Of a stretch of 38,665 nucleotides of DNA, positions 7,252 through 16,727 are shown in pieces. Where the stretch lies: positions 1 through 38,665 of IMG/VR virus record IMGVR_UViG_3300034084_000027, one strand, 5' to 3'. A model generated the notes under the pieces. That model was not told the DNA's origin. It searched no databases and saw only the letters and a list, made by a program, of their open reading frames with translations. Source of the DNA: a virus (Duplodnaviria > Caudoviricetes). Both the position numbers and the translations under genes were made by a program. The stretch's first letter is position 1. Each line of letters starts with the position of its first letter.

Positions 7252-8086
7252 CGTTGGTGATGGACGGCATACCGTCTGCCCGATTTGCGGAAAGAAAAAC
7301 TTCAGGTTCGATGATAAGGACGGATGCGGATCGTGGATTTGCACATGCGGAAATGGTGACGGGTGGGAGCTGGTAAAGATTGTTCTGGGGTGCGACTTCA
7401 AGGAAGCTCTTGACCAAGTACGGCCAATTATAGGTACTGTGGCACCATCTGCTATATGTGGAGAGAAAAAGGCAAGCCCGGACATTTTGCGGAAGATGTT
7501 TATTGCCTCAAGCAAAGCCACACCGTCTGATCCGGTTGGAAGGTATTTGAGGATGAGAGGGCTACAAACTATTCCAGAAGCCTTGAGATATATCCCCGCA
7601 TGTTGGGAGAGCGAAACAAAAAAAGAGCATCCGACCATGCTCGCGGTTGTGTCGCTTCCAGATGGGACGGCGGTGACAATGCACCGGACATACCTTGGAC
7701 ACGATGGGAAAAAACTAAGAGTGGAAAGCCCAAAAAAACTAATGCCAGGGCTTAAAAAGGCAACAGGAGGAGCAATACGGCTTTTCGATCCAGCACACGG
7801 GGCCATAGGGGTTGCCGAGGGGATAGAGACAGCGATCGCCTGCTACCAGTTGCACGGAATACCGACATGGGCAACGGTTTCGGCATCAATGATGGCCTCA
7901 TTTGTTCCGCCTATCGAGATAAAAAAGGTGTATATTTATGGGGATAACGACAGTCATAAAAGCTATGCAGGGCAGGCGGCGGCTTATTCTCTGGCAAAGC
8001 GGCTGATAGAGGTAAACAAGATGCCGGTTGAGGTGCTTATCCCTGATGTCCCTGGAGATTGGCTGGACGTTTTAAACAATCGGTGA
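7181..8086 (+). CDS. DNA primase (N-terminal Zn-binding domain plus TOPRIM)
   Basis: CPICG..FRFDDKDGCGSWICTCG.GDG; HRTYL; AEGIETA; YGDND; GDWLD. Confidence 0.9.
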   Translation: MSKSNTRIDATNKWPGIFNQLGIDVGDGRHTVCPICGKKNFRFDDKDGCGSWICTCGNGDGWELVKIVLGCDFKEALDQVRPIIGTVAPSAICGEKKASPDILRKMFIASSKATPSDPVGRYLRMRGLQTIPEALRYIPACWESETKKEHPTMLAVVSLPDGTAVTMHRTYLGHDGKKLRVESPKKLMPGLKKATGGAIRLFDPAHGAIGVAEGIETAIACYQLHGIPTWATVSASMMASFVPPIEIKKVYIYGDNDSHKSYAGQAAAYSLAKRLIEVNKMPVEVLIPDVPGDWLDVLNNR

Positions 8087-8151
8087 AATAAAAAGATTGC
8101 TAATGCAAAATAAACCTTGAACCACAAAACAAGTTATGATAGTGTGAATTT

Positions 8152-8316
8152 ATGAAATGCCCGAACTGCGGTAAAACATTTAAAGACGAAGGCCGCGCCA
8201 AGGGGGGCAGGAAATCCAGGCGCACAATCAGCGCAGAGCAGCAAGAAAAGATGCAGGAAGCGCGAAAACTAAAAAAGGAGAGGAAAAATGAGCAAGCCGA
8301 ACACAATCAGGATTGA
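8152..8316 (+). CDS. Small basic hypothetical protein (54 aa)
   Basis: MKCPNCGKTFKDEGRAKGGRKSRR... Confidence 0.55.
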   Translation: MKCPNCGKTFKDEGRAKGGRKSRRTISAEQQEKMQEARKLKKERKNEQAEHNQD

Positions 8317-8604
8317 TGAGGTCGAGTATGTCAGGGCCGATTCGGTCAAAAAGGTTTCAGGTGATGTGAAAATTATCATCCTGCAACGCGGGAATGTGGT
8401 TGTTGGCAGAATGTCAGTTGACCAAACCGACAAGGAGGTGCGTGTTCTGGAAAACGCTGCGGTGATTCGCAGATGGGGAACCACAAAAGGACTTGGGCAG
8501 ATTGCCGAGAATGGACCAACGTCAAGCACCGTGCTTGATAAGGCTCCTACTATTCGGTTTCACATCCTGACCACAATTGCAATCATCGACTGCGAGGGAT
8601 CAAA

Positions 8605-8623
<19 letters not shown>
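8288..8623 (+). CDS. Conserved phage protein (Sm-like/DUF6948-like)
   Basis: IIILQRGNVVVGR...LENAAVIRRWGTTKGLGQIAENGP; this family typically precedes GYGDG-repeat genes. Confidence 0.75.
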
Positions 8624-9138
<515 letters not shown>

Positions 9139-9140
9139 AA

Positions 9141-9581
9141 ATGACTCCGCAAGAAACCAAAATCCTGACGCTATTGCAAGCTGGTCCACTAGACTACATG
9201 CAGTCAGTAAAATTCGGTGTGCCGAAGCTGAAAAGCATTATTTGCGGCCTCCGCAAAATGGGCTACAAGATAAACTGCGAAATGGTCAAAGGAGTTTTGC
9301 CAACCGGGAAGCGGATCATGTACGGCATTTACACGCTGGAAGAACAGAAGCATTACAAAAGAGGCCAGCGCAAGCCAGAAAATGCGAAAACACAGGAATA
9401 TAACTGTAAAGTCGGAGACGATGTGTGGTATAATGGGAAAAGAGTATTGGTTCAGGAAGTGCTTGAATCAGGCAGCGAGTCAAGGAAGATTAAGGCGTAC
9501 ATAAAGGGTTGTTTTTATCACTCTGACGGCACTCCCGCGGAGAGGACTAACGCTTTTTGCGGGTATGATTGGGTAATATGA
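9141..9581 (+). CDS. Winged-helix (HTH_39-like) protein with C-terminal extension
   Basis: QETKILTLLQAGPL...FGVPKLKSIICGLRKMGYKI...YGIYTL. Confidence 0.65.
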   Translation: MTPQETKILTLLQAGPLDYMQSVKFGVPKLKSIICGLRKMGYKINCEMVKGVLPTGKRIMYGIYTLEEQKHYKRGQRKPENAKTQEYNCKVGDDVWYNGKRVLVQEVLESGSESRKIKAYIKGCFYHSDGTPAERTNAFCGYDWVI

Positions 9582-9651
9582 TTTGTTTTGTGGCGAGGCG
9601 TTTATCCACATAAATAACGGGCGGCTTTAGTTTGGATGAAAAGGTGATTGA

Positions 9652-9939
9652 TTGAGCCGGAAAAAACCAATTACCCCAAATAGCCAGATACGCTCCGCGC
9701 TGCGGCGTGTGTTTCTTCGATCAAGAGAGAGGTCCGCAGCACTCAAGCGTGAGTGCTATACCTGTGAACGGTGCAACGCGAAGCAGAGCAGGGCTAAAGG
9801 CCGTGAAGTTTATGTCGAGGCACACCATGATTGTGGCATTGATTGGGATGGGTTGATTGATCTTGTGAGAGAGCGAATTTTGTCTGGGCCTATGACGATT
9901 TTATGCACAGACTGCCATGATAAAGAGCATGAAAAATGA
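9652..9939 (+). CDS. HNH-type endonuclease
   Basis: IRSALRR...YTCERC...VEAHH...ILCTDCHDKEH; TTG start after AAGGTG. Confidence 0.75.
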   Translation: MSRKKPITPNSQIRSALRRVFLRSRERSAALKRECYTCERCNAKQSRAKGREVYVEAHHDCGIDWDGLIDLVRERILSGPMTILCTDCHDKEHEK

Positions 9940-10058
9940 GTATTGGGATTGCATCGAGGGGTGTTTTGTCTTTCTTCGAGAGTTTGAACACAACACAGCG
10001 ACCTGGACAATCCCAATTTTTAATCAGCAATAAGCAAAGAGATGGAAGGAGTAAAATC

Positions 10059-10265
10059 ATGGAGAAATATTTTGGCATATTAACAGCAAAACACCCCGCT
10101 CCGTGGAAGATAAGAGAATACTCTGGTGGAGAATTTGATGTCATTGACGCATCCGGGGGAGGTGTTTTCGAGATTTTCTCATATCGCGGGGATGGAGATC
10201 TTGTCTACTTGGGCAGAGAAGAACTAGCTGCGCTGGTTGAGATAGTCAATAGAGTGGAAAGGTGA
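10059..10265 (+). CDS. Hypothetical protein
   Basis: AAGGAG RBS; KHPAPWK motif. The ORF extends upstream to 9936. Confidence 0.55.
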   Translation: MEKYFGILTAKHPAPWKIREYSGGEFDVIDASGGGVFEIFSYRGDGDLVYLGREELAALVEIVNRVER

Positions 10266-10534
10266 TTAAGGTGGACATGAAACTAAAAGTTGATGGGAAA
10301 TATAACATAACAACAACCGTTGATGAGCTTATCAAGAAGCTAAAGGAGTTTGACGGAAATATGCTGGTCTATTCTGAGGGGTGTGACTGTTGGGGGAACA
10401 TCGTGAACGTTGTTGTTTCCGAGGAGAACACGGTTCTTATCGAGAGAGACGACAACGCCATGGAGTCAAGCGTTAAAAGGGGTGGGAAAATAGTGTTTGA
10501 GGTAGCAGAAAAATATAAAGGCCGATTAATATGA
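10262..10534 (+). CDS. Hypothetical protein
   Basis: TTVDELIKKLKEFDGNMLVYSEGCDC, a common small-phage-protein pattern. Alternative start at 10277. Confidence 0.6.
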   Translation: MIKVDMKLKVDGKYNITTTVDELIKKLKEFDGNMLVYSEGCDCWGNIVNVVVSEENTVLIERDDNAMESSVKRGGKIVFEVAEKYKGRLI

Positions 10535-10553
10535 CAAAAACCGTCACAAACAC

Positions 10554-10582
10554 TTGACACTGACACAATTTGTCTGTACTAT
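10554..10582 (+). promoter_or_regulatory. Strong sigma70-type promoter upstream of the packaging/structural operon
   Basis: TTGACA-N17-TACTAT, flanked by two TGAC-N7-GTC(A/T) boxes. Confidence 0.7.
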
Positions 10583-10612
10583 GAGAATATAGCCTATTCT
10601 CTAGGGGACAAC

Positions 10613-10813
10613 ATGCAGACAAGGCGGTGTCAGCAATGCAACTCGATTCTCTCCCGATACAACACGCAACCCGTGTGTTTCCGTCACGCATCGCATCCAG
10701 ATTTTCTGTTTTACATCGACACAATACCAGTACACGAAACAACCACCTGTTCCAGCCGGTCAAACATCGGGCTTGAGCAGGTTTTTTTTGACTATTACGG
10801 GACGGTAGAATAA
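10613..10813 (+). CDS. Small zinc-binding protein
   Basis: RRCQQCNSILSRYN...CFRH; AGGGG RBS. Confidence 0.6.
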   Translation: MQTRRCQQCNSILSRYNTQPVCFRHASHPDFLFYIDTIPVHETTTCSSRSNIGLEQVFFDYYGTVE

Positions 10814-11016
10814 TGGCACAGAACATGTTCAGCCCAGGGCAGACAGCGACAACCGAATCATACCGCGACAACTACGAGCGCGTTTTTAAAAATTCAAAGC
10901 ATAAACCTAAAATAGGTTGGCCGGAGCTGGCACTTAAAAAAGAAGGAACACTCCATGAGCGGCCAGAAGACCTTACGTCTCTCGCCGACCCACATCTGAA
11001 CGAAGGACGGAACTAG
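10813..11016 (+). CDS. Hypothetical protein
   Basis: SYRDNYERVF motif; TAATG coupling. Confidence 0.55.
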   Translation: MAQNMFSPGQTATTESYRDNYERVFKNSKHKPKIGWPELALKKEGTLHERPEDLTSLADPHLNEGRN

Positions 11017-11017
11017 C

Positions 11018-11377
11018 ATGGCAGTTGGCAGGCCCATGAAGTTTAAGACGGTCAAAGAGCTTAAAGACAAGTGCGACGCATTCTTCGCCAGGATGGATAA
11101 AAAGAATCTACCGTACACGATAACAGGCCTTGCTCTTGCGCTACAGACAAGCAGGGAAACGCTTTGCGACTACCAAGAGAAAGACGATTATTCTGACACC
11201 ATAAAAGAAGCCAAGCTAAAATGCCAGAATTACGCAGAGCAACGCCTATATATGGGCGGCCAAGCGGCAGGCCCGATCTTTGCGTTGAAGAACTTTGGCT
11301 GGAGCGACAAGCAAGAGATAGATCATACCGGAAAAGTTTCGCTAAGTTTTACGTCAGATGATGAGAAATGCCTGTAA
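11018..11377 (+). CDS. terS: Terminase small subunit
   Basis: GRPMKFKT...YTITGLALAL..SRETLCDY...IFALKNFGWSD (SF6/gp3-like); directly before TerL. Confidence 0.88.
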   Translation: MAVGRPMKFKTVKELKDKCDAFFARMDKKNLPYTITGLALALQTSRETLCDYQEKDDYSDTIKEAKLKCQNYAEQRLYMGGQAAGPIFALKNFGWSDKQEIDHTGKVSLSFTSDDEKCL

Positions 11378-11469
11378 AAAGGAGCGGAATTGCCAAAAAT
11401 TAGTTTGCAGCGATATCAACGAAAAATGACACTTGTCCCCACGGTGGATAAAACAAAAGTAGTTAGGCG

Positions 11470-12786
11470 TTGGAACTGACAGCCAAACAGAAACAAGCGG
11501 TTCAGTTGATGGGTGGAAACGAAACCCATAACTTGCTATTCGGTGGAAGCCGTAGCGGGAAGACGTTCCTGATCACCCGCACGCTTGTCCTCCGCGCTCT
11601 GGCCGCTTCTGGTTCCCGGCACGCTGTCCTTCGCTATCGTTTCAACCATGTTAAAAGCGCAGTTGTTCTTGATACATTTCCCAAGGTAATGAAGCTCTGT
11701 TTCCCCGGCGTTACCGCCCACGTTGACAAGACAGATTGGTATGCAGAGTTTCCCAATAAGAGCCAATTATGGTTTGGTGGGCTGGACGACAAGGAGCGCA
11801 CCGAGAAGATTCTTGGGCAGGAGTATGCCTCTTTGTTTTTGAACGAGTGCAGCCAGATACCATACAGCTCTCGCAATCTGGCAATTACACGACTTGCGCA
11901 GAGAGCAGAGCGTGACGATGGTAAGGGTTCGTTGCGGTTGAAGATGTACTACGATTGCAACCCTTCTTCTCAAGCGCACTGGACGTACCAGCTTTTCGTG
12001 AAGGGTAGAGACCCGCAGGATAAGAACCCCATTGCTACCAGCAATTATGCAAGCATGGTGATGAATCCTACGGACAATATAGATAATCTCCCCGCCGAAT
12101 ACCTTGCAACACTTGAGTCGCTCCCTGCAAGGCTGCGTACTCGATTCCTTGAAGGAAAGTTCCTTGACGATACCGTAGGTGCATTGTGGACAGTTGAGGG
12201 TATCGAGACATGGCGCAAGGTAAACAAGCTGCCAGATATGCAGCGCATTGTCGTCGCGGTCGATCCTTCTGGCTCAGAGGATAAAGACAATGCAGACAAT
12301 GACGCTATCGGGATCATCGTGGCCGGGCTTGGTGTGGACGGGAACGGCTATGTGCTTGAGGATTTGACTTGCAAGGCTGGCCCTGCTGTGTGGGGGAAGA
12401 TCGTTACCACGGCATACGAGCGGCACAGTGCCGACAAGGTGGTGGGGGAGAAGAACTATGGCGGGTCGATGGTTGAGCATGTTATCCAGACCGCCAGAAG
12501 AAACACTCCTTACCGTGGAGTGACAGCAACCAGGGGCAAGGTTGTCCGGGCCGAGCCTATATCTGCACTGGCAGAGAAAGGACGCATCCGTCATGGCGGG
12601 TACTTCCCCGACCTTGAGGACGAACTGTGCGCCATGACCACCAAGGGGTATATGGGGGAGTCATCGCCAAACAGGGCCGATGCTTATGTTTGGGCGTTCA
12701 CTGAGCTTTTCGGGGAGATTGTCACGGGTAAAACCTGCAAATTCTTCGATCAGCCACTAAAAATTAACACGGGGTACATACGATAA
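11470..12786 (+). CDS. terL: Terminase large subunit
   Basis: LTAKQ, GGSRSGKT Walker A, LNEC Walker B variant, DCNP, nuclease VAVDPS...DRADA-like (NRADA). Confidence 0.93.
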   Translation: MELTAKQKQAVQLMGGNETHNLLFGGSRSGKTFLITRTLVLRALAASGSRHAVLRYRFNHVKSAVVLDTFPKVMKLCFPGVTAHVDKTDWYAEFPNKSQLWFGGLDDKERTEKILGQEYASLFLNECSQIPYSSRNLAITRLAQRAERDDGKGSLRLKMYYDCNPSSQAHWTYQLFVKGRDPQDKNPIATSNYASMVMNPTDNIDNLPAEYLATLESLPARLRTRFLEGKFLDDTVGALWTVEGIETWRKVNKLPDMQRIVVAVDPSGSEDKDNADNDAIGIIVAGLGVDGNGYVLEDLTCKAGPAVWGKIVTTAYERHSADKVVGEKNYGGSMVEHVIQTARRNTPYRGVTATRGKVVRAEPISALAEKGRIRHGGYFPDLEDELCAMTTKGYMGESSPNRADAYVWAFTELFGEIVTGKTCKFFDQPLKINTGYIR

Positions 12787-13085
12787 TGGCACGGCCAAAG
12801 AAGGTAGTTGAGGTAGAGGCTCCTGTTGTCGAGGAGGCGGAGACGGTTGTTTCCGGGGTGGATATCGGGACGGAAGATCAGTCCGTTGTGTTTGTTGATG
12901 AGTTCCCAAACACAGAGACGGAACTCATGAACGATCTTGCCGCCCGCATCTTTGAGGGGCAAAGCCCGGACTTGCCGTTGAACGAGCGGGTGCGGCGGAT
13001 CAGAAACGCAATCATCGAAAGAGGGTGGGAGTCATTGCTTCCCCTGCTTATCATTCCAGCAAAGGGCTTTGAGAGATACCTGTGA
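12786..13085 (+). CDS. Hypothetical protein
   Basis: MARPKK... ORF between TerL and portal, TAATG-coupled. Confidence 0.65.
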   Translation: MARPKKVVEVEAPVVEEAETVVSGVDIGTEDQSVVFVDEFPNTETELMNDLAARIFEGQSPDLPLNERVRRIRNAIIERGWESLLPLLIIPAKGFERYL

Positions 13086-13233
13086 AAGGATTAACGTATT
13101 TAAGCCGGGATTGCTTTTCCATAAACGAAGGGGAACTCCCAAATATCCATTTGCGGTGGAGTCCATTTTTACTGGTGTATGTGGCACTATCGAAGCGGTT
13201 TAGGTTCTGTGTGGGTACAAGAGAAAAGAAACA

Positions 13234-15291
13234 ATGAGAGAAAAAGAGCTTGTTGCAATAATCAGAGCGCAGAGAGCGCAATCACTTGGGGTTGACGATG
13301 GGGATTTGTCAACTCAACGTGCGACGGCACTTGACCACTATCACGGGCGGCCTTATGGGGATGAACAGGAAGGGCGGTCACAGGTTGTCAGTAAGGACTT
13401 GGCCGAGGCTGTCGATTGGGCTATGCCTGCCATTATGCGGGTATTTACTGCTAGTGGCAATATCGCAGAATTTATTCCGGTTGGCCCAGAGGATGAGGGC
13501 GCGGCAGAGCAGGAGAGCGACTACACCAACAAGGTGATTATGCAGGACAACGACGGCTGGTTGTTGCTGCATGACGCCTGCAAGGACGCGCTGCTACTCA
13601 AGAACGGTTATATCAAATACTGGTGGGATACCTCTGAGAAGATCGAAGAAGAGGAATACTCAGGGATTACACTGGAAGAGCTGGTAAAGATTTCGGCTGA
13701 CCTTGAGGCAAACGGCTCTGATATAGAGATTGTCGCCCAAGAAGAGAAGGTCATTATCGGCCCGGATGGGCTGCCCGTGTCACTGTTTGACATTCGCATC
13801 AAGGTAACAACCAAGACCGGCAAGTGTATCATCCAGGCAGTACCAGCGGAAGAGGTCCGGGTGTCGAAGCGTTGCCGTGGCTCGCTGCAAGATTCTCCTT
13901 TTACCGAGCATGTGACCGTCAAGACCCGATCCGATTTGATCGAGATGGGAATGCCGAAGGATTTTGTTGCGTCCCTTGCGGCGATCTCTGGCAACAACAA
14001 CGATCAACAGGTGGTTGCTAGAGATTCTGTCGACGACGAAAGTGGCGATTATGGCGCAGCAATAGGTGATAAGTCACAGGATGAGATTGAGTTCTGTGAG
14101 GCATATATCAAAGTCGATTGGGACGACGATGGCCTCGCAGAACTGCGCAAGGTGGTAACGGTTTCGGATAAGATTCCTCCGGGGGAAGAGTGGAACCAAG
14201 TAATCCCATCTGTCCCCATGACCTCGTTTGTTCCGAAACGTATCCCGCATCGGCATGTTGGCGAGTCGCTGGATGATGATCTTGCAGACTTGCAGGAGAT
14301 TAAGACCGTTCTTTCTAGGCAGATGCTCGACAATATCTATCTGACCAACAACAATCAGTGGGTTGTCAATGAGCGGGTGAACCTCAAGGACTTCTTGCAA
14401 TCACTTCCTGGGGGGGTAAAGCGGGTATCAGGACAAGAGCCTGTGTCTGGGAGCGTCGAGCCGGTTATCTCCCCGTCTATTGTAGGGCAGATACTCCCGG
14501 TTATTGACTACATCGACAACCTAAAGGAGACACGTACAGGCATAAGTAAGACCACTTCCGGACTTGATCCTGATTCATTGCGGGACAGCACTAAGGGTGC
14601 ATTCCTTGAAAACCTGAACCGTGCCAGTCAGAAGATAGAGATGATGGCACGGATGTTGGCCGAGACAGGCGTGAAAGAGCTTGTCAAACAGGTGCATGGA
14701 GTTCTTCTTCGGTATCAGGACAAAGAGCGTATTATCAAGCTGCGCGGCCAGTATGTGTCGGTTAACCCAAGAGAATGGAAAGAGCGGAACGATTTGGTTG
14801 TCAAGGTAGGGATTGGAACCGGAAACGAGCAGGAGAAGCGCGAAAAGCTAATACTTATGGTGCAGGCGCAGGAAAAACTGGCTGGGCTGGGATTGATTGG
14901 GCCGCAACATGGATATGCTCTATTTGCTGATATAGCAAAGAACCTCGGTTTTGAACTGCCAGAAAAATATGCTTTTGATCCTGCCTCGCAGGAGTTCCAG
15001 CAATGGTTGCAGCAGCAGGGAAAACCGGAAAACATTTTGGCAGAGGCCGAGACGATCAAGGGCCAGTTTGCTATGCAGAAGATGCAGTTTGACGGACAGG
15101 TAGCGCAGATGAAAGAGGCCCACAAGCACGAAATGGACCTGTTGAAAATGCAATATGACGCATCTGAGCGCAGAGCAGAGCGTGCAAGCAAGGAGTCTAT
15201 TGAGGCCGCAAAGCTGGAAATGCAAGCATTCCTTGAGGGGTTAAAAGTTGATATTGGACCGGTCGGGTTTGGGGAGATGCCGAGTGTATAA
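13234..15291 (+). CDS. Portal protein (podovirus/P22-like with C-terminal helical barrel)
   Basis: 685 aa after TerL; YHG.PYGDEQEGRSQVVS.D, P.GPED...A.QE, long Q/E/K-rich C-terminal helix. Confidence 0.9.
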   Translation: MREKELVAIIRAQRAQSLGVDDGDLSTQRATALDHYHGRPYGDEQEGRSQVVSKDLAEAVDWAMPAIMRVFTASGNIAEFIPVGPEDEGAAEQESDYTNKVIMQDNDGWLLLHDACKDALLLKNGYIKYWWDTSEKIEEEEYSGITLEELVKISADLEANGSDIEIVAQEEKVIIGPDGLPVSLFDIRIKVTTKTGKCIIQAVPAEEVRVSKRCRGSLQDSPFTEHVTVKTRSDLIEMGMPKDFVASLAAISGNNNDQQVVARDSVDDESGDYGAAIGDKSQDEIEFCEAYIKVDWDDDGLAELRKVVTVSDKIPPGEEWNQVIPSVPMTSFVPKRIPHRHVGESLDDDLADLQEIKTVLSRQMLDNIYLTNNNQWVVNERVNLKDFLQSLPGGVKRVSGQEPVSGSVEPVISPSIVGQILPVIDYIDNLKETRTGISKTTSGLDPDSLRDSTKGAFLENLNRASQKIEMMARMLAETGVKELVKQVHGVLLRYQDKERIIKLRGQYVSVNPREWKERNDLVVKVGIGTGNEQEKREKLILMVQAQEKLAGLGLIGPQHGYALFADIAKNLGFELPEKYAFDPASQEFQQWLQQQGKPENILAEAETIKGQFAMQKMQFDGQVAQMKEAHKHEMDLLKMQYDASERRAERASKESIEAAKLEMQAFLEGLKVDIGPVGFGEMPSV

Positions 15292-15511
15292 TTCTTATAA
15301 GTCAGAAAGTTTCATGTTTGGTTTAGAGGAAATCCAAAGATGGGTTCAATATTGCGGCGAGAGACAGCCTATTCCTTATTCCGAGTGGTGTAAGGAGGTC
15401 GGGGATTATCGAATTGGTAACTGCAAAGGGCCTAGCCCATTCATTGATAAGCCACTCGAAAGGTCTATGATAGCAGAAATGGAAAAGGCTTTGGGTGTTG
15501 CAAATGTATAA
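15284..15511 (+). CDS. Hypothetical inserted gene
   Basis: GTG overlaps the portal stop (alternative ATG ~15314). Flanked by an imperfect duplication of the gene junction. Confidence 0.5.
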   Translation: MYNSYKSESFMFGLEEIQRWVQYCGERQPIPYSEWCKEVGDYRIGNCKGPSPFIDKPLERSMIAEMEKALGVANV

Positions 15512-15782
15512 GTCAGAGATATTCAAGGCTACAGATGCGCGAGCATTGCTTGCCAATCCTATCTTCAAAGATGCTTTCGTAAAGGTCGGAGAGTACTTGG
15601 AAGCGCAGGCGTTATCCTGCGACCCAAACGATCAAGCAAAGGCGCAGCGGGTGATTGTGGCAAAGCAGATTCTCGCAGGGATCAAGCGGGAAGTGACTAA
15701 GATTGTGGAAGAAGGAGACATTGCGCAGATAAGGCTGGATGAGGTTGAACAGCGCAAGGGATTGAAGAGGTTTATCAGGTGA
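15504..15782 (+). CDS. Conserved helical protein downstream of portal
   Basis: A.ALLANPIFKDAF... typical of the small gene between portal and scaffold. Confidence 0.7.
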   Translation: MYKSEIFKATDARALLANPIFKDAFVKVGEYLEAQALSCDPNDQAKAQRVIVAKQILAGIKREVTKIVEEGDIAQIRLDEVEQRKGLKRFIR

Positions 15783-16045
15783 GCCTAAATATTGCGCTAG
15801 ACTTTGACGACACATACACCGAAGACCCAGAATTGTGGGACAGGTTTATTGGCGACGCACAGAGACAAGGACATACAATGTTCATATGCACAGCCAGAAA
15901 CCAAGCGAAACACGGGGGAGAGATAGAAAGCGTGTTCCCTGGGCTAGAGGTAATTTATTCAAACGGTGGAAAGAAGAGAGAAGCAATGCAGCGCGAGAAT
16001 ATAAGCGTTTCTGTGTGGATAGATGATATGCCGGAGCTAATTTAA
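15779..16045 (+). CDS. Minimal HAD-superfamily phosphatase-like protein
   Basis: IALDFDDT (motif I), CTAR (II), KK (III), WIDDMPE (IV). Confidence 0.75.
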   Translation: MSLNIALDFDDTYTEDPELWDRFIGDAQRQGHTMFICTARNQAKHGGEIESVFPGLEVIYSNGGKKREAMQRENISVSVWIDDMPELI

Positions 16046-16111
16046 TGGAAATACCAGCAATTTGCTAAATATAGGTTGGGCGAAATTTGGGAAGACATAA
16101 AGGAGAGACAA

Positions 16112-16327
16112 ATGAAAGAATCTGATTTGGCACAGAAAATCCAGCACTTTACGGAAGAAACAGGCGGGATGCCGCAATATATTTGTGGGCGGTTTGACCA
16201 CTTGCAGGAGGCGATGGGGTGGGATAATGCTTTCCAGAAACTACCGGGGTTCTGGGCATACAACACGGTATTCGGACCTATCTATTTTGAGTTAGATCAC
16301 GCAGCAGAAAAGCCATACTTGAGGTAG
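16112..16327 (+). CDS. Hypothetical protein
   Basis: AAGGAG RBS; 71 aa. Confidence 0.6.
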   Translation: MKESDLAQKIQHFTEETGGMPQYICGRFDHLQEAMGWDNAFQKLPGFWAYNTVFGPIYFELDHAAEKPYLR

Positions 16328-16334
16328 CAGAAAA

Positions 16335-16709
16335 ATGAGCTTGATAGAAGCGAAAAGCACAGAACCACAGCAGGATCTACTGTCTCAGGTTGGGAATATA
16401 ATGCCTCAACAACCATCAGGCCATATTGTCCCGTCTTTGGCAGATTTCTTGATGAACATAATGGGGTATGGTGAAAAATTCATGGGCAAGCCCGCCCCAC
16501 AAGATCAAACAGAAACCAATGTCCAGCTTGATCAGGTTGGGTCGCCAAGGAATTTGTGGAGAGGTTTAAACGACCATTTAGAAAAAATAACGCCAGCCGG
16601 CCCACTTTTTTCCATGCCATTTAGCGGGGTTGGGAACAGGCAATATTGGAAAGAGTTTATTGAAAAGGCAAACCCGGAACAAATATACAACCCACTTAAT
16701 TTTTCGTAA
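16335..16709 (+). CDS. Hypothetical protein
   Basis: GAGGT RBS; 124 aa, Q/P-rich. Confidence 0.6.
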   Translation: MSLIEAKSTEPQQDLLSQVGNIMPQQPSGHIVPSLADFLMNIMGYGEKFMGKPAPQDQTETNVQLDQVGSPRNLWRGLNDHLEKITPAGPLFSMPFSGVGNRQYWKEFIEKANPEQIYNPLNFS

Positions 16710-16727
16710 ATAAAGGAGCGTATCACA

